DNA of 64,000 bases. Source: Podarcis erhardii. Its lineage: Eukaryota. This document shows, piece after piece, positions 45,180 through 58,024 of the stretch (within the stretch, counting starts at the first letter, position 1; every line of letters starts with the position of its first letter). Made by a program: the position numbers and the translations under genes. A model generated the notes under the pieces. The model had not been told where the DNA came from. It saw only the letters and a list, made by a program, of their open reading frames with translations, and did no database searches. The stretch lies in assembly GCA_964252035.1 (NCBI GenBank), contig OZ176201.1; one strand, given 5' to 3'.

Positions 45180-45999
45180 TGATGCTGGTGTTGAATTGTC
45201 CAGGAGATACTGGTCATCAAAGTCCCAATGGGGCTCAGATTTGAAGTCAGATGCTTTAAGCCTTTTCTTGGGGGTCGGTGCAGGAACTGGATGTGTGACT
45301 TGTTGAGCCCCTGGCCTAGGGATAGAGACGTTGTGATCTGCGACAACAGAAAGAGAATCAACTAAACTCTGGTTCTTTTTAGCTACGTCCATTTCTCTGG
45401 AAACTTTCCCCTTGGTGTGGCTTGCAGTGGGTCGTGGTGTGGCATTTTGATTGGATGCTGTTTTTGCACCTCTTTCCTCATCCAGCTTTCGATTGGATGC
45501 TGGCACTTCATATTTAGCCTCAGCTTGTTCATTTCCTTTGTGTTCCGACTTATTTTTCTCTTCCTTTGGACTGGATGTTGATGTCACACGCTTCTCACTT
45601 TTTTTCTTATACACAGTGGGGGTTGCATTCAGACCCCCAGCACGGTTTTGACCAGCTGCAGTTGTCACAGTCTTGTGTTTAGCTTGATTCTCATTGGCTG
45701 TGGGCCTGAGTTTCTCCATAACTTGCTTTGGATTGGCTGCTATCACACCTCTCTCCCTGGCTTGCTTCTCAGTTGATTCTGATGGGCTGGTGACCTTCAC
45801 ATGCTTCTCTCGGATGTCCATGGTGTTGCCACCATTTGCCAATCTCTTAACAGCATCTTGCTCCAATGGGGAGCTTCTTGGGCCAAGTATTACATTGAGA
45901 GGCCTTGGTGTCTCCCTGTTGGTAGTCATCACTTCTGGGGTAGCGGGCCGGGTGTCTATTTGTGGCACGCTTCCAGCATGGCGAAAGTAAGGAAACTGG
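45180..45999 (-). CDS. ST6GALNAC1: ST6GalNAc I, exon 2 (820 nt; long T/P/K/E-rich stem ending KKRLKASDFKSEPHWDFDDQYLLDNSTPAS)
   Basis: Long open frame whose C-terminal part matches the ST6GalNAc I motif DFKxEPxWDFDD. Acceptor ctacctttcag, donor TCA|GTGAGT. Phase 2 to 0. Confidence 0.92.
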
Positions 46000-47934
46000 C
46001 TGAAAGGTAGTTTAAAAAAAGAGATAGTTACAGCAATAGATAACTATACAAATTATACACTGTGTTCCACTTGTATGAAGTGTACTAGACAGTTGCTTAA
46101 ACTTGACAATATCATGGAAGCCGTGTTATGGAGGCCCCAGCAAGATTTGAACGCTCGACCCCTTGTTTACAACCTTTAATAAGCCATTATAATTAATTCT
46201 CCCCCAATGCACCTGTGATGCCAAGGACTGGCCTGCAGATATTTGGATTTGTAGAAAGGTGACAGGAGGATTCTATGGATTTAAACAAATAACAAGTAAG
46301 CCCTCCCTGAGGCTGGGTTTTAACACATTCAGACAAAAAAGCCAAGTGTATAAATACACTTGGGCTATGTACACATTGGCGGCACAAACTGCAGTGAGAT
46401 CATTTCAAATCACATTTATACATTGTTCTACACAACTGCACAAGTGGGGATGTTTTCTCCAAATATGCAATACCAGATTTGTTTCCCCACCCCTGTAGCT
46501 CCCCCTGCCAAACTTTTGTTCAAAGAAACTTTTGCCTGCGTATGTGCTGTCATCAGTGCACGTGCATGCGCAAAGACTGTACACACCTCAGATTTGCATT
46601 TTCAAATCAGACAGAAGCTGCTTCGAGGGAAAACACATCCAACTGGAGTGTTTCTTGAGAAACTATAGGATACAGATGGATTGTGGCTAACGTGTGTACT
46701 CATCTTCAAACACTAGCAGTGGAAGCACACTGGAGCCAAGGTAAACAGTAGTGGGTGCATAGCATTGTTAACATGGCATTATAGGTTTGGTTTTGTGGAA
46801 GGCTGTTATCATGTTGGTCGTGATAGTGATTTAAATTTAAAAGATTTGTATAGCACCCTTCATAAAAAACAAGATTCCAGATAAACATGTTAAAAGTTTG
46901 TAATTCAGCAGTTATTGCAACTTGCTACAATACACACATCTCTATGGAGAGCAATCCGTGAACCTATTATGCCTGCTCCTTACTGTTCCTTTTGTAACTG
47001 GCATCCCAATATTATGTACTTCATGTGTTGTTGTTTTTTCATGTTATGTTTCTTTTGTTACTGTTAAAAGCCAATGAAATACATATTTGTTTTAGAAATG
47101 AAATACAGCTCCAATAAAGCCGACATAAAGCCAAGAGTGCACAGATAAACCACAAAATGCCTGGGTAAATAAATGAACCTTTGCCTGGCGCCATGATGAC
47201 TGTGACATGGGTGCCAGCCAAAGGAGTCTTTTTGGGGAGAACACCTTCTTCCTAGTTGGCAGCCTGAAGGAGGTTGCACCAGAAGAAGGGCATAACTTTA
47301 TATTACAGCAAGATGAATATGAGAGTAGGCAGACACAGGAATACTTGGGTCTCAATCCATTGTAGGGCACAGATGAGCAACCTGCAGCCCCCACCATGCC
47401 TTGCAGCTGTCCCATTCTTCCATGCCATCAGGTTCCCTTCCTTCCTGTTCTGTTTCTTCCTTATCCGCCCCGCCCCGGCTTTTAACAGTATTTCCCCCTC
47501 TTTCCATGTAAACTGCTTCCAAACTGGGCATTTTCTGTGGAATAGCAATGAGCCACCTGCATGTTGTTGCGAACAAATCAAGCTCCTCCCATGTTGTCTG
47601 TGTTCATCTTCTTTCTTTTTTCAGAGCTCAGAAACGTAATCTTAAAAAAACACACAAACAACCTACGCCACAGTGGAACAGCTGCACAGTTTCCCCAAAT
47701 AGGATGACCCATGTGGCACAGCAATTCTGGCTTCTTCGGGCTTGTGTAGATTGTTCTAGCCATTTCCTTCTCTTTGGGGCATTTTTCCTCTATGGGAATC
47801 ACATCTAGCCCTTTAAACGTTCCCATTTCAAATGACATTGCATTTTTCTTTTTTCTTCTTCTTATCAGCTGGTTTTCTCCCATGCCATCCACAATTGCAG
47901 CCAGATGATGAAATAAGGATCTAGAATAATTGTA

Positions 47935-48050
47935 TTTTAATATTCTGCTGGAAGCTGCCCAGAGTGGCAGGGGAAACCCAGCCAGATAGCCAGATGGGTG
48001 GGGTATAAATAATAAATTATTATTATTATTATTACTATTACTATTATTGG
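47935..48050 (+). mobile_element. L2 LINE 3' tail
   Basis: Same motif with a small internal duplication (AGCCAGATAGCCAGAT) and (TTA)n tail. Confidence 0.7.
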
Positions 48051-48519
48051 GCAGCATGGTGGGAGCTGGGAGTCTGGCTCCCATGAAATTAGTCCACCTT
48101 TCCCCACAACACACACACATAGCATGTGTGGCCCTTAACAGATCACTCCCAAGGGAATACAGCCCTTGAGGAGAAGAAAAAAGTTGTTTATGACTAGTTT
48201 TAAGGTTCTAGCTAAGTAACTTGGACTCTGCTCAGAAACAACCGGGCGACCAGCACAGATCTTTTTAACCTATGCAACAAGAAGTGATCTGAACAAGCTG
48301 GGACACATCAACATTTTGGGAAATGTATCCTGCCCTAACGGATACCAGGCTTCCTGAGAAAACGACAACCCATATTCTGTGTATGAAAGCAACATGGCTG
48401 CAGCACAACTTGTTTAATGCATTAAGAAAGAGTATGGGGTTAAAGGAATAATCCTTTGGGGGAAAGGACTTGCTGCAAAGTAGTAATATCACTGCTCTCG
48501 GCTTTGTGTCCTGCTAATG

Positions 48520-48715
48520 CAAAGCTTTCCAGACTTTTCATGTTGGTGACACACTTTCTGGACATGCATCATTTCACAACACAGTAATTCCATTCTACTA
48601 GCAAACTAGAGGTTAAACTAGCCCCTTTCCAGCCCCAGGAGGAGTGTAGGGAGTGTTTGTGCAACACATCTACACACTGCAGCCAGTGTCACAACACAGA
48701 GTTTGGAAAGCTCTG
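48520..48715. mobile_element. hAT MITE
   Basis: TIR CA(A/G)AGCTTTCCA(G/A)ACT; perfect 8-bp TSD TGCTAATG (48512-48519 and 48716-48723). Confidence 0.85.
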
Positions 48716-49869
48716 TGCTAATGTCTTGAAACAGCTGGGAATATCATCTAATGGACTGGTAACTGCATCTCTTATCCAAACCAATGAAGATACTTTCACC
48801 TTGCACCAGTATCTCTGCTGGTGCTGGAGGCGAGATAAATTCATATACCCAGGTGTGGTTGTATTCACAGATAAGTGCAATTATTGGTGAGTGTGAGGCG
48901 TGTACTAGCACAAGGTGAGGAGATTCCCCCCCCCAAAAAAAGGGGTGCAAGCACTTTATCTGCTTGAGTCCTGAATGTTTGTAAGACAGTCCCCACTGCC
49001 TTTACTGCATGCAATCGCACAGGTTACATGCGGTTGGAACTGTTTGTTGTGCTGGCACAAACCTGCAGAGCGGCAGCTAGCCCGAAGATAATCCATCATA
49101 GCACATTGCCAGAGGTTTTTTTTAAAAAAAAATAAGTAAGTAAAATTCTGTCCCCAAACAAAATAATGCTTCTGTGCATCAATCATCTCCCAATTGCTGG
49201 GGTTCTGAAAAAGAGCCAGGGCACACAATGTGCCCACGTCATTCAGCAAAGCACAAGAGAAATACTGCTGGTCTTTGGTTAATGGGGCTGTGGTGCTGGC
49301 TATTCTTGGGAAACTTTCTGTCACTGAGAATTACTGAACTCCCACTGAACCGCAATCACACGGGCATTTGTCATATATCTGTATCTCCATGACATTTCTG
49401 TAAGAATGAGGCCTTGATGATATCATAAGACTTCAATGTTGCAGTTCGGGAAAAGCCACCCATGGCAGTTTTTGTTTGTTGTTTGAGAAGGCTGGGAGAA
49501 AGAGAAGCAGAGATTTAACAGAACTGTTTGATAGAATCTGATGTTGAGAACAGGCACCCTCTACCATGTCACCTTGCCCTCCTACAGCTACAAGGAAGAC
49601 AGTTTTGAGACTGACTGCCGGATCCCCCGCTTCAGTTGTCTCTTCCCTCTTGGCAATACAGTATGCCTCTTGAAGCTCAAGAATTCGTTTTTGTTATTTA
49701 TTTCATTTTGTTGAGAGTATAAAGTGTTCTTAATGTTAAATCACCCCCCCCTCCTTCCCCCAAAATTATGTAAATGGTTGAAGAATGCTCCTGCCTCACA
49801 GTGCCTCCATTCAGTGCCAGCACCGTTCACCCCAATGACTTTGTCTACCTGGTGGCACAATTTGGAGTA

Positions 49870-50092
49870 CAGTAGTGCCTCGGGTTACATACGCTTCAGG
49901 TTACAGACTCTGCTAACCCAGAAATATTACCTCAGGTTAAGAACTTTGCTTCAGGATAAGAACAGAAATTGTACTTTGGCACAGCGGCAGCGGGAGGCTC
50001 CATTAGCTAAAGTGGTGCTTCAGGTTAAGAACAGTTTCAGGTTAAGAACGGACCTCCGGAACGAATTAAGTACTTAACCCATGGTACCACTG
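49870..50092. mobile_element. Tigger-like MITE, complete
   Basis: Slightly mutated TIRs (CAGTAGTGCCTCGGGTTA / TAACCCATGGTACCACTG), TA TSD. Confidence 0.85.
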
Positions 50093-51427
50093 TATATAAA
50101 TGGCAAGTGGTGGCGCTTGTTATGGTTTCTTCATGGGGCTGCAACATGCCACCTGGCCCCGAATAATGCTTTCTAGGGAAGTGACCATTAAGCTTCCTTC
50201 CACACGAACTTTCGGAGGAGACTGGAGCTCTAAGTCAGAACAGGGATCCCTTCTAAACAACACGCTGTTCTAATAACTTCTAGACTACAAGGACCTGCAC
50301 AGGAGAGAGAACTATTAGCATGCCCCAAAACAACAATGGTAACTCGACCCACCACAGGACGTACCGCTGGAGCAACCCTTGATTTATATAGAGGCCTTGC
50401 ATTTCTGTGTTATCTTCCACCTCTTTTCAATAAACTTTAAAGGTTACTCTGTCTTTTGATATGTTCAGCACAAGGTCTAAGCTCATGCACAACTCTGACC
50501 CTAAATTAAATCTCGGACAGACACGCCTGAGTAAATGCAATTGTATGCACAGCCCTTCTGCAAACAGATCGAGCACCAGATGGCTGCCAAGTCCAGCAGC
50601 CTTAAAGTCGGGATACCATTGTAAATAATTGTAGGTATGCAATTAAAAGGAGGAATGGCTTGTACTCCAAAAGTGACAGGCTTGAACCCTCTCTGCAAAG
50701 AATGATTTATTGATTTAAACTGTGCTGGACATCTGGTAATGATTAAAGCTTTAGGTTGAAAGTACAGTTTTGAAACGACAATAGGGTTACCAAGCCAGTC
50801 AGTTAAATATCAGTTGATCACCTCTCACTTGATCACACCCAACTATCCCATGAAACCACGTAAGTGGAAGTTTTTCAACCCCATGACCCACCTTATGGGG
50901 CCACTTGTTAGCAAAAGCATGTGAGAATTGCAGTACTTACCCTTTAGCTCAGTGGTTCCCAAGGTGGCTGGGGGGCAATGGGATTACCCAGGGGGCACTA
51001 AGAGGCAAGAGGGTAACAGGGGGTGGGACAGAGGTGGGCCCCTCCAAGCGCTTTGATCACTTATTTACATTGACCAGGCTAAACACCTTCCTCCCTTCAT
51101 ATTTAAAGTTTTACTGCTCTTCTCCCTTTCAAGGCTGTTTCCTTTGGTCATGTTTCCATTCACAATTCTGAGTTGTCAGAAGTCACAAGATGGCTGCCAA
51201 TTATTGGCAATAGCTGTTGATTTTCTTCTAAATTAGTTACTGTGCATCTGTGGTAGGTGAAGGTTGGCACATGTTTGCCCTCGTTGCCCATCTGCCGGCA
51301 GGTGAATAAATCTTTCCTATTCCAACAGGCTTTGGGGAACCGGCTGCTTTTAATGAAAGGGATGGTGCTGTTCTGATTTTATTGTAATTATTTGTGTGGT
51401 TTTTCATAGATTTTATATATGTATATA

Positions 51428-51661
51428 CAGTGGTACCTCGGGTTACATACGCTTCAGGTTACATACTCTTCAGGTTACAGCCTCCACTAACCCAGAAATA
51501 GTGCTTCAGGTTAAGAACTTTGCTTCAGGATGAGAACAGAAATCGTGCTCCGGCGGCAGCGGGAGGCCCCATTAGCTAAAGTGGTGCTTCAGGTTACGAA
51601 CAGTTTCAGGTTAAGAACGGACCTCCGGAACGAATTAAGTACTTAACCCGAGGTACCACTG
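51428..51661. mobile_element. Tigger-like MITE, complete (opposite orientation to 38388)
   Basis: TIR CAGTGGTACCTCGGGTTA, TA TSD. Confidence 0.88.
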
Positions 51662-52183
51662 TAGTTTTAATCTATCAGTGTTCAATTATTTTTTAAAAAT
51701 GATGGGTTTCCCCCTATGTATTTAGTGGTTCTACTTTTTATCTGTAAGCCATGAGTCCCATCAGGGAAAAGGCAGGGTGTAAATAAAAGTAATAATCAAG
51801 GCCAGCAAGACCCATGGTCACAAATGATGGGATTTGTACTCCCAAACAGCAAAAAACAGAGGCTACCCCCTCCTTGTCATCGAGCTGTTTAATCCACACC
51901 CAGGTCAAAACATATTTTAGAATTCAGTTTCATTCTTTCAATAAACTGTTAAATAATTTGATCTGCAAATGATGCCTAGGCAATTGTTTCAACAGCGCAA
52001 GCATTTCCTCTTTCCAGAGGGAAAGATTTCCCCTTTTCTCTCACTGCACAGTGTTCTTCAGGTTCTCCTAACCTTCCAGAGCAGAGTTGGGGGAGGAGAG
52101 AGGGGGAAAGCCCCATTGCGCTGACAGGAGCCCTTAAGCTGGCTTCCACTAGCAGAAAAGGTTAGTTAATAGTTAATAATAAC

Positions 52184-52356
52184 CAGTGCTTTTTTCTGGG
52201 GGGACGCAGGGGTACACATACCCCTAAACATTTTGTGAATCTTTGTACTTTTGTCCATTTACTGTATTTATTTTTCCCGATTTGAACTATAAAATGGTGA
52301 TTTTCTTGAGTCAAAGTGAGAGTACCCCTAAACATTTTTTAAAGGAAAAAGCACTT
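52184..52356. mobile_element. hAT MITE
   Basis: TIR CAGTGCTTTTT; perfect 8-bp TSD ATAATAAC (52176-52183 and 52357-52364). Confidence 0.8.
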
Positions 52357-52364
52357 ATAATAAC

Positions 52365-52510
52365 AAGAATAATTTTATTATTTATACACAGCCCATCTGA
52401 CTGGTTTGCCCCAGCCACTCTTGGCAGCTCCCAACAACATATTCAAAGCACAATAAAACCTCAAACATTGAACACTCCCCTCTAAAGGGCTGCCTTCAGA
52501 TGTCTCCTAA
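52365..52510 (-). mobile_element. L2 LINE 3' tail
   Basis: TTTATACACAGCCCATCTGACTGG...CCCCAGCCACTCTTGGCAGCTCCCAAC...GGGCTGCCTTCAGATGTC. Confidence 0.7.
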
Positions 52511-52586
52511 AAGTCATATAGTTGAATCCAGCTCTGTGTTATGTAAATAGATATATAATTTATCATTACTATTCAATATTTATTTA

Positions 52587-53023
52587 CCGTATTTTTTGCC
52601 CTATAGGCCCATAGGGTGCACCTCATTTTGGGGGGGGGGAATGAATAAAAAAAATTATTCCCCCCTCCAGCTGCAGGGCTGGGGCGGGGGAAGCCCGAGC
52701 TTCCCCCGACCCCAGCCCCCAGAACAGGCTGCTATCCGCAAGCCTTGCGAGCCCGGCGGCAACTCCCTCCTCCGGAGGGTGCCCCGTGCTCCGGGCTGCA
52801 GGCTGCCGCCCGCAAGCCTTGCGAGCCCGCGGGAACTCCCACCGGGCGTGCAAGGCTTGCAGATAGCTTCCTGAAGCCTGGAGAGCGAGAGGGTTCGGTG
52901 CGCACCGACGCCTGTCACTTTCCAGGCTTCAGCGAAAGCCTGCATTCGCCCCATAGGGCGCACACACATTTCCCCTTCATTTTTGGAGGGGAAAAAGTGC
53001 GTCCTATAGGGCGAAAAATACGG
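52587..53023. mobile_element. Tc1/mariner (Tc2-like) MITE, CpG-rich, in ST6GALNAC1 intron 1
   Basis: TIR CCGTATTTTT(T/C)GCCCTATAGG at both ends, TA TSD. Internal direct repeat CCGCAAGCCTTGCGAGCCCG occurs twice. Confidence 0.85.
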
Positions 53024-54416
53024 TATATCGCACCTTTTTCCTTGACAGGGACTTAAGGCAGCTTACCAATAAAATAATAACAGCTAAAAACATAGAAGAA
53101 AAAGCAACCATTAAAAAAGAAGTAGAATTAAAACGATATAAATATATAAAACATTGATTAAAAACATACATATATAATTACAATAAAAATAGCGCTATCT
53201 AATTTATGTTAAAAAGAGGACAGTGAAACCCCTAATGGAGTATTTGGTGGAAACTGAGCTGCAGTGGAATGGAAACAGTGCTGACTGCAATGAATATGGA
53301 TCGGAATGGAAACTGCTGCTTTCCTACATCCCTAGTTCTGTCCTTCCGTTATAGACAGATGCAAGAAGTGTCAGAAGTGTTCTAGAACATTGTGCTGCTT
53401 CCTTTCTATCCCTTCAATCAAGGGGAACGGAGAGGAAGGAACCCCAGGAAATGGAACAAAAGAACTGCAAGCCTCAAATAATAGTAGCATGCACTTCTTG
53501 GCAGCGTTGAGGTCTACAACCACCACCAGGCAGCAAGCATTATTTGTCTTCATGTGCTCATAGCAGGAAGAGGCTTCTCCCACATAGGACAGAAAATTCT
53601 CTTCAGGCACCCTTCACAAATGGGTTAACTGTGGGAGAGCTAAAGGGCGTTTCCAAGTGAGAACTAAAAGGGCTTTACTGCAGCCAGTATGTACCCTTTT
53701 TTGTATTTCTCAGCCTGTATTTTGAAGCATTGGTATGCAACATATGATTAATCCCGAGTGTCTGAAAAAATTAAGGGGCACAGCTATTTCCACTTACTAT
53801 TAGTTACAGCAGAAGTAATTTGCTTTAAATTTTTAGATACCTCATGTTCACTGCATATCCTTAATTCTTATCTGGGGGGGGGCAGGACTTCTTGTCATTT
53901 AACTCAATGAATTAGTTGATTTTTCATTATTTCCTCTTATATCTGCATAAACTCACTGTAAATCTCCCCCTTTTGGACATTATTTCAGGAATGTAGTCAT
54001 TATAAGTGAGTTGATGTATTTCAGTTTACAAATAGCTGTTCTCATTCAACCTGTGTGTGATGCTAGGTGAGCCTTTTATAGATACAGACAGAGATTATGT
54101 GAAAGGCGTATCAAAGTTGCTGTTGGTTATGATGAAGCCAACACTTCTGAATTAATTCATTTGAAGCCCTACCTGGAAACGTAGCAATCAAGACTTCGTA
54201 AGGATTGCTGGCTATGGCCCTGCAGATAAAAGTGAGCCACTGACAGAGAAAATATTATCTTAACTTATATTATGCAATAGTTTTACGTGTCCATAAGAGA
54301 GATTACATGGGTAAGTATGATACACTATGCATTTCAGTATAAGGAAAGACCAGCTAAGCTTATCAGAGGAAGCAACACATAAGGTTCATCTGAAAAGGAG
54401 AGGGATCTCCTCTTAC

Positions 54417-54532
54417 CTGTATGGATATTTTTCAGTAAAGCCAATGTAGGCAGCAAAAGAGAGAACAAGGAACAAGAAGCCTATGAGAAGCAGCCTGGTT
54501 CCCCTAGGACACCACCTTCTGATTGATCTCAT
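54417..54532 (-). CDS. ST6GALNAC1: ST6GalNAc I, exon 1 (MRSIRRWCPRGTRLLLIGFLFLVLSFAAYIGFTEKYPY(S); tail plus signal anchor)
   Basis: Not in the ORF track. AAACCATGA start context, basic tail then hydrophobic TM segment, donor AG|GTAAGA in phase 2 as exon 2 requires. The nine exons sum to 1881 nt (626 aa plus stop). Confidence 0.85.
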
Positions 54533-55389
54533 GGTTTCACACTAGACATCCTAGGAAATCTCTGCCTTCTTTGCCACAGGTACTTTGCAGACTGACGAAA
54601 GCTACAAATCTGCTCCTCTGATATCCCTTGAAGGCAAGGCACACATGCCATTCAGGTGCTCAAGGGCAGCTCAGCCTCATTCTTCTGCCAAAAGGGCAGA
54701 GAAGGGTTACTTCCTCATGTCTGGCTTAGTGATTTTGTGGGCAGAATTTGCAAGCAGAGAAACACCCGCAAGTCAAACAGGTGGGTTTCACACATTTCCT
54801 TAGCCCCATAAACAGTGCTCTTTGATTATCCTCTTGAAAAAGGCTTGTTTGCTGCAGGTAAATATTACCTGAACAGATAAAATGTGAGCAGATGGCGAAA
54901 GGAACAGGGCTCTGTTCCCTTTAAAAAATTAAAAAGAGGACATTTAGGCAGGTGTGGCTTTATCTTATTCCTGCAAAACAAGCTGCACCTGCCGAATTTC
55001 CCTCTCTGAAACAGCTACCTGAAGACAACACAGGCATTCTGTCTTCTTTTTCTGTTAGTTTCTCTCTCAGTCTCTGTGTAGGAAGAAGTAGCTGTGTTCA
55101 CAAGGAAGGGGATCTACAAGCTATAATCCTGTACTGAAGTTACTTGGCAGTAAGCCCCACTGAACTCAGTGGGACTTTCTGCATCAGATCTAAGGTGTAA
55201 CACTTCTTGAGGGTTTGTAAAGAAATGTGCATTTTCATTAAGGAATTTCATTAATTCAGGGAGAGGGGGACCAGATGGACAGGGCGACCCTCTACAGCAT
55301 ATTGGGGATGGGGAGGCTGCAGTGGAGATGAGAGGAAGGGGATTTATCAATGCAGAAGTCCACTCACACAGAATCTTTCTTTATTTATA

Positions 55390-55587
55390 CAGTCATACCT
55401 GTTAAATATGCTTCAGGTTGAGTGTTTTCGGGTTGCGCTCTGCGGCGACCCAGAAGTGATGGAACGTGTTACTTCCAGGTTTTGCCGCTCGCGCATGCAC
55501 AGACACTCAAAATGATGTCGCGCACATGAGCAAAGGATGCGAACGGGGCTTCAGAACAGATCCCGTTCGCATCCAGAGGTACCATTG
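55390..55587. mobile_element. Tigger-like MITE, diverged
   Basis: TA|CAGTCATACCT ... GAGGTACCATTG|TA; CpG-containing interior. Confidence 0.65.
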
Positions 55588-57901
55588 TACTAACACTATT
55601 ATGTGGCACATTAAGTTTATCCATATTTACTGACCTCCTTTCTCATTTGGACGGGTAAATACATTAGGTTTGTGATGGTGTCGTAGATTTTACTTAGGAT
55701 CTGTGCTGGATATTCTTTCAACACCAGGATATTAAAGTTAGCAAGTCCTCTTAGAAAACTATAGTTTGTGGTTGAAAGTATGAGCAGTAGTTCTAAGCTG
55801 CAAACATTGAAAGGATTAAGGATGTTCTTGTAGTTCAACAATTATTTCATTATATGTCATAAATTATCATCCTTAAATTATTTTCTTAGATCTGTGAAAC
55901 TATGATTTCCATAAATAAAGATTTCCTAATAATCTTCCTCCTCCATGTTTGCATTATAAAACAGTGCAGTAAGAGGTGATTAAACCTGGGGATATTTTTT
56001 TGCTTGTATTTATTATACAAAGTGTTAAACATGGCTGATATGCATGGCTTATAGCCTTATCAAAATGTGAGCAATGCCAGAGTGTATTGTTTAGACTTGT
56101 CAAAACATTAATTTTGTCCAGTATTTAAATCTTTTCAGGTAAAATCTGATTTTTAAATGGGCCAGCATAGCTGCTTCATAGTGTTTTCTAATTCATGGGA
56201 GAGCTATTCCTTTCTCCTTCATTGTTATGTAGAGTCTTCAAAGTTACTCTGGGTCTTTTCTTTTGCCAGATAAAAACTATAAATATTCAATTATCAAAAA
56301 TTTCGGGTGAACTAATGGTAAATTTAAAAAATACAATAGTATTTTTGACAATACTATCATTTTCAAGGCAGCCATTTGCCCCAATTGTTATTTATTTGTG
56401 ACCAGTGTTTTTATTCATTTTTGTCTTTGTTTTACTTCAGATAGTATGATTATGTTTTAAAAGATTTAATGCACTCATTTATTTATTTATTAACAATGTA
56501 TGTATATTACCCAACAGCTAATATACAGGTGAATAATAAAGTTTAAAATGCATAAATATTTTTTTAAAGCAACAAAACAAGCAATAAAACATTAACCGAT
56601 AAAACCATCAACAGCAAACCATGTAAAATAGCATAAAAATAGCAGATTGGACTATTGGAAATCTTGACAAATAAATTGAGACTTGCATGAGAATAAATTT
56701 TAAAAGGAAATTTCACTGCAACTTGCATTGATTTATGAGTACAGCTGAACATGGCAATCTTCTGGCAGCAGCTCTTTGTATTGTATAGTTGATGTAACTC
56801 TCCTAACCCCCCTTCTTTGGTGAAAGAGGCTCAACTATGGAAAAAAGGGCAAGTTTTATTTTATATAATCCTTTTGTCATATCGTCTCTTTGAATTAAAG
56901 TTTAATTATTTTTATTACTTCAATCCATCTCAAAGCATTATTTAATATTTTGCACCATAGTTGGGTTTAACACCTAAACAGTTACAGTAGTATGTATGCT
57001 AATATTGTGGAAATTCCATCTTTGGTGTTTTATAGCCTCTATTTTGGAAATGTGATGTTTCTCCTTATTGTTAAAAATCTAATATTTATTTATTTATTTT
57101 TTTAAAAAAGATAGCATAGAAAAGCGCTAGAGTATCTTAAGGATTTAAAATCCCAGAAAATAAAAAGGACCACAATGTGGGTGCCAGGCAAGTACCTCTA
57201 GCGAGGGCATTCCATAACCAGGGCATGACCACCGAAAGGGTATCATATTAGATGCTGTAAGAAAATAACACTGTGAAATCTAAAAATACTGACAGGGTGA
57301 AGATTTAGGCTGTGTTCCTATGAACAAAGATAATGGAGGAAGCACTAGACTCCCAAGAAGCAGCACAGGACATTGGCCTTCCTTGCCAACCTCTTATTCA
57401 GTCCAATCCTAAACATCTTTATTCAGAGGTAGCACTGAACTCAGTGAGATTTACTCTCTAGTAAGTGTGTGGAAGATTACTCAATACATAGGTTAGAAGG
57501 AACCTGTTAGTTACACTTTTCTTCCTGATTGGAAGCTGCAGTGCCTAGCTTAAGAGAGACCACAGACACTCACATGAATGGGGGGGACGGGGACTGACTG
57601 AATACAGACTTTAACAGGGATAGTCAATGTGTTGCTGCCCTCTAGCTCCTATAGCTTCTATAGTCCCTGATGACTGGCCAGGCTGGCTGGGGGTGATGGG
57701 AGCTCAGCAACTTCTGGAGGGCACCATATTGGCTACCACTGCTTTAAGGTATTAGATGGGGGTTTATTTTCATTGTATTATTGACAGGGGTGTAAGGGGA
57801 GGGGTAGTACTTCTGGTGAGAGACAAATTGTGCTCCTTCTGGGGGAGTTAGTCCATCTTGGTCCCCACCCTGCACTCAGCTCTCACCTGTGGCTCATAGA
57901 A

Positions 57902-58024
57902 TAAGGTTACCGGACGTCCCCGTTTCCCGGGGACAGTCCCCAGATCTAAACATCAGTCCCCATACAAAATCCATTGAAGTTGAAAAGTGTCCCTGGATTC
58001 ATTGGAAAAAATCTGGTAACCTTA
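57902..58024. mobile_element. hAT MITE
   Basis: TIR TAAGGTTACC(G/A)GA; perfect 8-bp TSD TCATAGAA (57894-57901 and 58025-58032). Confidence 0.85.

Noticed and set aside
45996-46002. Second AG 4 nt inside the ST6GALNAC1 exon 2 acceptor (CAG|CCAG)
   Set aside because: Use would frameshift the protein and invite NMD; no evidence of function.
47039-47221. Minus-strand ORF MAPGKGSFIYPGILWFICALLALCRLYW... with strong Kozak context and a hydrophobic stretch, as candidate ST6GALNAC1 exon 1
   Set aside because: No credible phase-2 donor after the hydrophobic segment (only weak phase-1 GTs), whereas 54417-54532 has the right donor, phase and topology. Worth a glance in RNA-seq only.
54560-54660. Strong-looking + strand acceptor (TCTCTGCCTTCTTTGCCACAG); similar isolated sites near 6690 and 13285
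   Set aside because: Isolated acceptor motifs are common by chance, and no consistent exon chain could be built.
55600-57150. Very AT-rich tract, possibly old L1/L2 debris
   Set aside because: No translatable motif convincing enough to name a family.
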